Assembly: GCF_964355755.1 (NCBI RefSeq)
Contig: NC_092672.1
Span: 13,578,001 to 13,642,000, forward strand
Length of the DNA stretch: 64,000 nucleotides
Source: Antedon mediterranea
Lineage: Eukaryota > Animalia > Echinodermata
Direction of reading: 5' to 3'
Position 1 is the first letter of the stretch; each line of letters begins with the position of its first letter. The notes below the pieces were generated by a model. It worked only from the letters and a program-made list of their open reading frames with translations, had not been told where the DNA came from and made no database searches. The translations under genes were made by a program, and so were the position numbers. Shown one piece after another: positions 27,224-37,791 of the stretch.

Positions 27224-27330
27224 TTTTGTCGCGTGCAAACACGACTCTATAGCTCACTATGTCGGTCGGTCGGTCGGAAACACTAACTCAAATTTGCGCA
27301 CGCCACTGCAGCCAAGTATGGCCTTGTTTT
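27224..27330 (+). mobile_element. Short HINE/Helentron-like element with (GTCG)n
   Basis: gtcgcgtgcaaacacgactctatagctcactatgtcggtcggtcgg, T-flanked; related copy at 49523-49630. Confidence 0.6.
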
Positions 27331-27783
27331 TATTGTAAACTTCAGAAGCTTGTTCACTATCGTTCGTAACATTAAAACAAATAATACATCATTGCTAATC
27401 AGTTGATTCGTATCAATTAATTCAATTTAATTCAATTTTATTTTTATTTATCTAATTATATGAAGGTTATTTCCGTTCCTTGATGTATCGACAGTTAGGC
27501 CTATAGGCCTATTCACCATAGACCTATACATACCTTCTTCATATTTATTTACATTCTGGATTAGCTTTTTTAGGTAACTCTGCATGTCTGGTTTCCCCTG
27601 GTTGCAAAATAAATTAGTTGGAATTATGTACTTCCGTGAAAATCTATAACAATAAACACGGATATCAAAATTCAGTGAATCCCAACAAAAATTAATATCC
27701 TGAAATATGTTTTAATTATGCTACGATTATAAAAAACGTGTATGTATTCAAAAAGATTCATAAAAGAAGGTAGCGTCATAAAC

Positions 27784-27814
<31 letters not shown>

Positions 27815-29377
27815 GTACATTAGTAGGCGCCTTAAGGGGAAAGTGTGTAAATGCTGACCTTAAGGGGAAAATAAGGAAAACAACCGTTTTAAACCAAAAT
27901 ATCAGCTAAATATATTCTTTTTGGCGTTTCATCATATATATTAATGATTCCAATTACGATACAAACTTTTTTTTTATTTTGTAGGTAAAATGGCAGATAT
28001 AACCCTTAATAATAATAATAATAATAATAGGCTTTTAGGCCTTTACCTAAGTTGTACCGGCAGCTCGTTGATTGCAACATACACTGGCCAAAGACTTTTG
28101 TCTGCTGATTTAAAAATGCTTACGCCATCTGATGAAAAATAAAAGATTTAATTTATAGGCTACATTGGAAATTTGCTAAAAGGCTAAAGGAAATCACCGC
28201 ACACAAATTAAATAACATTTTAAAACTGTTTGTACAAACCTGTATTCAGGGTGAATGTTACCATGATGTTTGCGTCGTTAGAAATTCGTTTGTATTCGGA
28301 ACCGTTGCAAATATCGGTAAGGCCTGCCTTGTTGATGTTTTTGTTCATGACAAAATCACAGAAAACTTTGTCTGTAATCAAAACAAAATTTCTCAGAAAG
28401 CATTGCAGTGAATGTCAGGATGTCTATATCTTATTAATTTGAATTTACACCAATTTTTGTTATTAAAGATAACATTATATCTTTCGCTTGATTAAGAAAA
28501 TGTACTGGTACTACGAATATTCCGTAATGAAAATATACCACAATTCGGTAGTAAACCATTGATTAAAACTAATAAAATCAATTCATTTACTTTCGGCCTT
28601 TTAATTTTGCACTATATTTATCTAGGCCTATGGACTATAATTAGGATATTAACAAAATATATAAAATCTGATAATTATACCTTTGAACATATCTTCCAGT
28701 TGTTTATCGAGGCTTAATGCATAGTACAACACAGATTTTCCACCACAAATACATCCAGTTGCCTCATCCAGATCTCTTAGGCAGAAGTCGCAGTAGTAGT
28801 GTTTCGCTGGATCTTTGTAGCCAGTTTCGTGCTTCATGATGTTTTTTATTTTATAAACCGAATTCACAACCTTGCATTGGTTTGGCAAAATAGAGGATAA
28901 CAACTGAATTAAATCGGCAAAAGCATTCTGTGTCAAATTATGTTTAATCACAAATAAAAGTACGCTAGTGTAATAACTGAGATAAGTATGGCACGAACCA
29001 GGAAATAAATTTTGAAGTAAAATATTGTTCTTGTCGTGTGCATCTATGTCTGAAGACAAACTTCCGCCACTGGCAGTGGTAGAATTAATTGAAAATAAAG
29101 AACTAAAACTACTAGCAGTAGAGGACTGCAAATCAACTTCATTATTAATATCTTCACTACTAACAATACTAAGACGCTCCGAGATCAGTGAACTGAGGCT
29201 CGACGATGACACGCTTAGATTTGGACTACAGGTACCTCCGGTAGGTCTAGTTTTGGGCCTCATCCGCCAAAAAGCATATCTCGCTCTTCTGGGATTAAAC
29301 CCGAAGTGCTTCGAGGAGCGTTTCCTCTTCTTTGGAGTGATGTCTTGAGGATCAGATAACGAACTTAAGTCCGACAT

Positions 29378-30252
29378 TTTCTTGACTATATAGAAAAAGG
29401 GTAATAATAGATGTAAATTACACCAGCAAGTTACTATGATTTGTGTGTTCGGGGTTCAATTACATCTATTGCATTAAAACAACTGTGCCACTACCGGTAG
29501 TTACGTTACGACACTAAAAAATGTTAGCATTAAGGCCCATTTAATAGATAAAGGACGATAAATAGATAAATATGCGATTGTCTTACGTTTATCTTTTTAT
29601 CGTCGATCCATGGAGTTATACCTTCATGTCACCGGAGGTCAGGATCGACCATGGACGTGACCATGGTCGATCGTTATATAATAGATGCCCAGATTTAGGC
29701 ATAAGGGCATTGGTAGGAGGGTTGTTAGGATGGTCAATTAAGCCTAATTAATAAATAGGCCTAAATTGTACTGTATTGTACTTACAATAAAATTATAGCC
29801 GGTCCAGGAAATTCGTCTAATGTGATGTTACGTAATGTATTGGATGAAAAGATTTATTGTGAAAAAATACCAACTTGACCTCAATGATCAGTAAAGGGGC
29901 GGAGTACTACTAATAAATATTATTTGTTACAAAACCTTAAATTGCACGCGTGTACTGGGTGCGCCGCCCATAATACGCGCACATACCCGTTCATATTGTA
30001 TCATTTAGAGGCGATTTATCGTATGAATAAGTTAAAAGTAAGTTAGAGGCTTGAGTAGATTTTTTTTTCGAGTAAATTTGTTTGAAGTAGCCCTAATATC
30101 GCCAATTTAACATTAGTTTCAATGAAAAACATCGAAAAGAAGCGCCATCCGGGTATCTATTATTAATAATTATCATTCCATATTTTGATATTCCCGCTTC
30201 TCTCTCTCTCTCGGATCCAAACTGCCAACCACCGAATACCTTCAAGTTAATA
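29378..30252. promoter_or_regulatory. Putative bidirectional promoter between transposase and BEN gene
   Basis: Divergent ATGs 875 bp apart; GC box GGGGCGGAG near 29896; perfect 12-bp inverted repeat at 29643-29672. Confidence 0.55.
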
Positions 30253-33200
30253 ATGTCTTCTTCAAATTCTATTGTTTTAATCATTTGGGTTAATGATAAT
30301 CCCATAACTGGGACCATATTTAATTCTAAATCCATAATTGAACCAAAGGATATAATACCCAAAGTGGGTAATTATGTCACAGTTAGGTTTCCGGGGTTTG
30401 GTAGGCAAAGAGGGATCGTTGGAAAAATCGGAGGTAAGATCTACTAGTAGTAGGTTATACTAATAGGCCTATATAGGCCTTGGCTAGGTCTAGTTAGCGA
30501 CCATTATATTATTTGGTTTGAGTAAATAGTTTTTAATTATGTTACAAAAAACAAGTAAAATAAGCTAGGCTTATCAGTATCATATTTAATCTGATCAAAC
30601 GTAGGTCTACTTATAACAGGCCTAATTTAGTAATAATATCTACAGGCCTATCATATTACTACTAGGCCTAGCTACCTATATTATTACAGTGCAGCTAATC
30701 CAGAGAGTACTAACCTAGTCTTATTATAGGCCAGCCTATTTCGTATTTAGGCATAGGCCTATACAGTTTCAGAATAATGCCGAATGCATTCCGCAGAAAA
30801 AAATTTCATTTTGTAATTTTGTTTAGCAATATTGCTAATCAAACTAATTTTTGAGTCAAGAAACTATGCTAGTTTTGTATTATATTTTTTGCTACACAAT
30901 TTTAGAAATGTGTAGCAATAAGGCAGGGAACATTTTCGCCAGTGTAGCGTAGCAAAAAGCTATACAAAACAACCTTATTGCTACACATTTTGAAAATTGT
31001 GTAGCAAAAAATACAATACAAAACTATGTTTCTCGACTTAAAAATCAGTTTTATTAGCAATATTTTTTATTTTTAAATGAAAATTTTCCCTGTAAGGTTG
31101 TTTTGTATAGCTTTTTGCTATTCTACACTGTACTGAGGAAATTATTCCCCGATTCCTGTACATCTCTGTAAATATAGGCCCTTGATATAAACAATGGTTT
31201 AAAAAACAATTAGGGCCTAGGTCTATAAATAAACCTAGGTAGGCCTAATCTATAACTAGGCCTATGCTAGGCTAGGCCTAGTCCTATTGTTAAGCTAGAT
31301 GTCTAGCTAAGCTACAACAACCTAAAGGCCTATTTACACTAGGCCTATAGATAGACCTATATAAAACAAAATAAATTATGCTGTCTTTGATAACAATAAT
31401 ATTCAAATCAAATGACGTCATGATAAATAAAAACAATAAAACCGTTGTATTGTCACGATATAATATTGTTTATATAGTATTACTAATCATGACATCATTT
31501 GATTGGACGTGTGAAAATATCATTTTCATCAAAGGAAACATAGGCCTATCTGGTTATTTTATAGTTGTTTTATGTATAAAAAATGCACATTTGTCTATTT
31601 ATGGTCGATCGTTATCGACCTAGTGTAAATAGGCTTTAACGACCATAAATTTCATTGCTTATGTTAATAATGTTTTTGCATTTGTTTGTTAGATGAGTCA
31701 ATGAGAAGTAGTTTTAAGGATATCCTTAAAGGAGACGAGTTCTTAACACTCGTTGACACCGTCTGTAAATCAAAAAAGGTAAAAAAAAAAATAATTGAGA
31801 CTGAAAGTGAGACTACATATGGGCTACATACGAAAGGTCGTATGTAGGTATTATTTTGATTAAAACTCAACTGCCGTAATTTATTACCATGTATTCATAT
31901 ACATCAAATTATTCCAAAAGGATAACGAAAGAGGATACGAAAAGATACATCGTTATTGAATTCTGCTTGATTAAATAATTATTGATGCAATATCTACACA
32001 ATATTCATATGTAATGTGTATAATTGATACTTATTATATAGGCTGAGCAAGGGAAAAAGAAGGAAAAGGCGCTCGTGCCTCCTCCGCCACCACCACCACC
32101 ACCTGCCGTCGTGAACAATAACATACGGAGCGACATATGTGAAATGGTAATTTAATGTTTGTTTTTTTCTTAATATTCTTTTTTGAAAATCTGCAATGTT
32201 GTGTAAGGTTGGACTATAATAAGCGGCTCGTAAACAAACCACCTACTAACAGCATTAATCATAGGCACACCAGAGTCATCTTAGTTTCTTATTCCAATCA
32301 AACTCGCTTAAAATATATTATTACCATTCCCAGTACCAGCCCAGGACGAGTTTCAAATTTAAAAAAACCTTCTCAGTACAATTCCGATCTTTGATACATC
32401 AATTACCCTAGAAGGCACATAACATTATAACTTCAGATAGATTTATGAGATTCTACACAATAATACTCACATATAATTATAAATTTTATTTTAGGCTCAA
32501 CAAGAAAAAAAGAAGCTGGCTGGAGTAAAAAGGCAGAGAGAAAAGGCGCGCTGCTCAGCAAATGGTACGACAACCCTTGGCCTCTTACCACCACCACCAG
32601 CAGCAGCAGCAGCAACATCCGCTGTATGGAAAGACATTTTCGAAATGGTAATAATGGGGTTTAAACAAAATTATTTTAATTTAAAAATGTTTAATTTTAT
32701 GAATTGATGGACTATGTGTCGTATACCAACCACTACTATACAGTATTAATCATATAGGCACACCAGTAACTGTTTGTTCTTGAATTCCATTTATTGTTTA
32801 AAGTAAAGTGTTATGTTTTTTGTTATGAAGGTAAAGGAATTACAAGCAGGCCAACAGTCAATAAAGCAACAACTGGATGGATTTGCTCAATGCAAATCCT
32901 GCATAAAAGCAGTGTATAAGGTAAAACTATTTTTAATTTGTTTTGTCATTTGAAAAAAATTAAGACTAATATGGAGTTATCATTTCAGTGAAGACCAATT
33001 TTGATACAAACATTATTATACGTCATGAAGTTGATTTTTTGCCCTCTCTATAAAATATTCTGATAGTGCCTATATAAATTATTATTATTATAGATTATAA
33101 ATTATGTAAATACATGACTTTGTTATGCAGCAATTGCGTTCTTTTATTAATGTCATTTTTATTGTTTATTTTATTATTACAGACCTTGAAACCACAGCCT

Positions 33201-35264
33201 GCTTCACTCGCCATCCCTCTCTCTTCTTTAGGCCTACTTTCCATTCCCCCCTCTGCTTCACTTCCCAGCCCCCCCTCTGCTTCACTTTCCAGCCCCACCT
33301 TTGCTTCAATTTCCAGCCCTCCCTCTGCCTCACTTTCCGACTCTTCCCCTCCTGCTTTATTTCCCAGCACAACTTTTGCCTCAAATTCTAGCTCCCCGTC
33401 TCTTCCACTTTTCACCTATCCTTCGACTCCTTCACGTGCCATCCCCTCTAAACGTTCTACACATCTTTCGCCATCGTCTTTCTCCGTCAGTCCTTCCGCC
33501 TCACCTTCCTCGCCACCACCAACAAACGTCGAAAATGGTACAGTATAATATTTGTTTAGTGTTTGTCTTAACTACATACTTTTACTTCTGTCTTCTGTAT
33601 TATAACTTATATATTTTAAGACTTTTGAATATGGTTTAATACGATAATATACAAGCTTAGAGTATACTCTATGTGTATGTGTGTGCACAAATGAATAACC
33701 AATTAACCGTTGAATTAATCTGTATAACCTTAATGAATTTCACTGATTTATCATTATATTGCAGCTTGTCAAGAAGATGAAGCCGACAGCAACGAGGATG
33801 GTATGATGATCTCTATTGTTATAACTATAGAGATAACTAATCAATTACAGTTATAAATACTAAAATGTGTACGATACGTCGTTTATGGATAATTAAAGTG
33901 TTTCTAATATTGTTTTTTTTTACGACGTTCAATAGAAATGATGTACATGGGCGATTCCAAATACGGGGTACGGGTCAGTAAAAGAAGGATGCAACAATGC
34001 CAGATGTTTGCAAATTCTTGTGACAAGTTAGCAAAAGCTTTACTGGAGCTACTTGTCACAAAAGAAGATTGTGACAAGCATCTAACGATATACGGGTTTG
34101 CGAAAGGGAAGAATGCGTTAGATGAAAATAAGAGGAAAGCGCTAAAAAGTAAGTGTACCTTAACTACATTGATATTGTTGTGTCGTTCTACTATAACGTG
34201 TGTTACTGAAAACGATTAGGCTTTTAGAACAATATTTTTAAGTACAGTAGTGGAAAATTTTTATAATTAATGCAGGTGCTGTTTTTGTTCCAATTATTAT
34301 TAATTAATTACTTAAAATTTCGGAATGTTGTAAGCCCATTCACATTTATAACTGTATACTCACACTTTAAGGCCAAATCATAAACATATTTTATTATGCT
34401 TTGACCTTGGTACGTATACTGTACGTGATTTATTTATTATGATTACTGGAGCCTAATTTTAATATTATATATACCGTGAATCATGATAACGATAATCGAT
34501 TTTAAAGCAGTCGCCTGTCAAACGCTTTCTTCTCAACATGAAATTCGTAGTGTGAAATGTGGCGAATCTTAAAAATTAGATTTTAAAAAACTGGAAATAA
34601 TCCCAGGACAGCCAAAACATCGTCTTTTTTGTTCGGGCTTTATAGACATGATTATGGTGATTTAATCTAAAGATATTTGATAAATTGTGATTAGCTGGAC
34701 ATGGACGATGTGTTGGCTGTTTCGATCCTCGATGTTATGGAGGCAACTATTGACATGGATCGCCTACATACAAAATATACAGGCATGCATAGTGCATTCA
34801 TCAGCTGGGAAATCAATAGCTTTGATACCTCAACAATAATTAATGTCAACGTTAAATTAAAAGAAAAAATGTGAAAAACAACAAACTCTAAAAACTTAAT
34901 AACATATTCTGTTAAAATACATTGTTCAACTATTAGAATGTAGAAACTGTTTGAAACACTTAAGATATTATAAATCAAATATAAAATGTACCGTTAAGGG
35001 TTAGTATAAAAAACGGATTAAAAAATCGTTAGTACATTAAAGTAAAGTTGAACTCAACATTTAATTTGAAAATGTATTATATTACCAGCATAATTCTGTT
35101 GAATTAAATTGATAATGATTCACTTTCTTTTATTTTCAGGTCATATTTTTAGCGTCTATCCTTGCAGTAACTTGGAAAAAAGGAATGAAGTTTGGGATAC
35201 GATTGTAAAGAAACTGAATGACAAAATAAGAGGGATAAGAAACAATAAATACAAGTCCTTTTAA
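30253..35264 (+). CDS. Transposon accessory protein: N-terminal beta domain, coiled coil/CxxC, Ser/Pro-rich linker, C-terminal BEN domain (9 exons)
   Basis: Exons about 30253-30433, 31693-31778, 32042-32146, 32494-32647, 32831-32920, 33183-33538, 33765-33800, 33936-34148, 35140-35264 with compatible phases. KLAKALLELLVTKED...TIYG...ALDENKRKALKSHIFSVY...WDTIVKKLNDKIR fits the BEN pattern; AATAAA at about 35285. Confidence 0.82.
30793..31151. mobile_element. MITE-like insertion with interleaved inverted repeats in BEN gene intron 1
   Basis: Absent from the paralogous intron (about 36885-36905); flanked by ATTCC direct repeats at 30788-92 and 31152-56. Confidence 0.75.
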
Positions 35265-35469
35265 CCAAAGAATGTTGTTAATTGAATAAAAATCAGAAAC
35301 GTAAATTTAGGTTAAAAGCCTACCTTTATTTTATTTATCTTACTGTCCGTCAGCTCCTTTTTGAAAACCAGTTTAGATTTCCGTTACTTTACAAGGAACT
35401 CTTTGTGGGTTAGGATCGGTATAACATTTTGAGATTTTTAGCTATGATGTTCGTTGAAAAATCAGGAAC

Positions 35470-36192
35470 GTGACAGGATCCTCCGATTGGGATCTCGTTG
35501 TTTCGCGAAATTGGATACAAATTCCGAAACGATGAAAATCCCGATTCGGGATGGGTAATCGGGATTCCCAAAAGATTGGGACGTCGTCCGGGACCCAGAT
35601 ATTTTCGACCGAAATTCCCGACCAAAAATCCCGATTTTTCGTGAATCCCGATGAAAAATCCCGATACGGGATGGGTAATCGGGATTCCCAAAAGATCGGG
35701 ACGTCGTTCGGGATCCCGATATATTCGACCGAAATTCCCGACCAAAAATCCCGATTTTTCATGAATCCCGATGAAAATCCCGATACGGGATGGGTAATCG
35801 GGATTCCCAAAAGATCGGGACGTCGTCGAGATCCCGATATATTCGACCGAAATTCCCGACCAAAAATCCCGATTTTTCGTGAATCCCGATGAAAATCCCG
35901 ATACGTGATGGGTAATCGGGAAATCCCAAAAATCGGGACATCGTTCGAGATCCCGATATTTTCGACCGAAATTCCCGACCAAAAATCCCGATTTTTCGTG
36001 AATCCCGATAAAAATCCCGATACGGATGGGTAATCGGGATTCCCAAAAGATCGGGACGTCAATCGGGATCCCGATATTTTCGACCGAAATTCCCGACCAA
36101 AAATTTCGGTCGAAAATATCGGGATCACGGCGAGATCCCGGCGGGATCCCGACCGTTATATCGGCGGGATCCCGGATGTTTTTTCTATAGGG
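35470..36192 (-). repeat. Right subterminal array, units of about 119 bp rich in AAAATCCCG / GGGATCCC
   Basis: gatgggtaatcggga recurs five times at about 119-bp spacing; motif polarity is opposite to the left array. Confidence 0.95.
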
Positions 36193-36194
36193 CA

Positions 36195-37360
36195 TGATAA
36201 TAAATTAGGGCAGTTGAGTTTTATTCAAAATAGACCCTACATATGACTTATGGCCTTGGCCTCTAGCCTAGTCTCACTTTCAGTCTCAATTCTTCATTTT
36301 TGATTTACAGACATGGTCAACAAGTTTCATAAATTCAAAGTATTTCTCATTGACTCATCAAACTCCTTAAAAAACAAACGCAAACGCAAAAACATTATTA
36401 ATATAAGCAATGAAATTTATGGTCGTTAAGGCCCATTTACAATAGGACGATAACGATCGAACATAAATAGACAAATGTTCATTTTCATTTCATTCTAGAA
36501 ATATAGAATAAACATCTATGCTTCCTTTGATGAAAATGATATTTTCACACATCCAATCAAATGACGTCATGATTAGTAAGAGCAATAACATCGTGATTTT
36601 ATTGTTTTTATTTATCATGACGTTAATTGGATTGGAATTTAAAAAATATTATTTTTATCAAAGACAACATAAATGATTATCCTATAGTTCTAGAACGAAA
36701 CCCTTTGCGTCAGGGAGTTGAGTAGTTGGTCAGATGTTTTGCCCTACTCTGACGTAATTTGTACTTTATTATACTAAGTACATTTGAGAATACGAACAAA
36801 TTCGCAAGTAGTTCTCGTAGGACTAGCATAGTTGTAGGTTAGGCCTACCTAGGCTATAGTTGTTTTTTCATAATTACAGAGAATTACGGGAATTCATTCG
36901 GCATGAAACTGTATAAATACGAAATAGGCTAGCCTATAGTATACTGATAAGCCTAGCTTATTTTTATTGTCTTTTGTCACATAATTAAAAATTATTAATT
37001 ATTTACTCTTGTCGTTACTCAAACCAAATAATATAATGGTCGCTATCTAGGCCTCTATACTACCTCCAATTCTTCCTATAATGCGGCATCTCTTTCTTCC
37101 AAATACTGGAAATCTTACAGTGACATACTGTAATCCCCCACTTTGGGGATTATGTTCTTTTGCTCGATAATTGCTTTTGAATTAAAAATGGTCCCAGTAA
37201 TGGGATTATCGTTTATCCAAATAATTAAAACTATTGAAGAAGACATAATGAAACTTGAAAGTTGGTACTGTTCGGTCGGCAGTTGGGATCTGGGGGAGAG
37301 AGAGAGAAGTCCATGGGAATATCAAAAGATGGAACGAACTTACTTTTAACTTATTCATAA
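36195..37360 (-). pseudogene. 5' half (exons 1-2) of the interrupted BEN-gene paralog
   Basis: MSSSIVLIIWINDNPITGTIFNSKAIIEQKNIIPKVG at 37247 (minus) versus MSSSNSIVLIIWVNDNPITGTIFNSKSIIEPK at 30253; intron DNA matches 30020-31890 inverted; frameshifted. Confidence 0.9.
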
Positions 37361-37791
37361 GCTAAATAAAATTTAAAAAAATAAGTGGACATTATGAGTT
37401 AAATATAATGTTACAACCATCTTGCCCACATGTAATAATTGTAGAAAAAGTAGTTCCTTGAACTATATGATAACATTTCTGAAAACATGTAAATAAGGAA
37501 CTGTACAGTATACTGAAATTCAAAATACCTCGGTGGACTTGGATTTCATCTTCTTGCAGTCCTTCACGTAAAGGAAATGGCAAGAGAGCACTAAAATTGC
37601 TCTCCTTGTGTTTTCGTGGAGAGAATTTTGCTCCTGAAAAATTATATACAACATACTACAGTCATTTGGTTGGTACTTTGTTCTGCTTGCTCTAGAGGAG
37701 GTGTTTCTGTGACACCAAATTGGATACTTAAAAATGATTGACTGCGAAAAATTAACAAAGAATTTCATCCGGGGTCCTACTTCTTCAACTT

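Larger units (their letters stand above)
24640..29377 (-). pseudogene. CMC/EnSpm Tnp2-type DDE transposase, 11 exons, one frameshift
   Basis: Approximate exons 29377-28681, 28371-28240, 28128-28046, 27643-27534, 27192-26930, 26747-26602, 26483-26390, 26152-25955, 25669-25512, 25361-25243, 25078-24640 with GT-AG ends. Motifs NTDGVSIFKS..SLWP..INELP, DLPAKA..KQYNGQFGCNYC, DWMH, WKASEYREW, NIHLLTHL, FGFESMN. Frameshift between VRGIKG and DWMH. Confidence 0.93.
20077..36192. mobile_element. Full-length CMC/EnSpm (CACTA-family) DNA transposon, 16.1 kb, 2-bp TSD CA
   Basis: Ends CTCCATAAAAAATGAGATCGGGATCCCG and (reverse complement) CCCTATAGAAAAAACATCCGGGATCCCG; CA at 20075-76 and 36193-94; joined flanks are colinear with the element's own intron at about 31870-31990; Tnp2-type transposase inside. 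Confidence 0.9.

Noticed and set aside
33095-33415. Glu/Gly-rich minus-strand ORF
   Set aside because: Antisense shadow of the Ser/Pro-rich BEN gene exon 6.
35410-36195. Long overlapping ORFs (261, 228 aa), and similar ones at 20024-20538 and 46010-46378
   Set aside because: Stop-poor translations of subterminal tandem repeats; the peptides are periodic in several frames.
37390-37790. Kolobok-like transposase fragment (LFTCFQKC...GTTFSTIITC)
   Set aside because: Too short and disrupted to assign.
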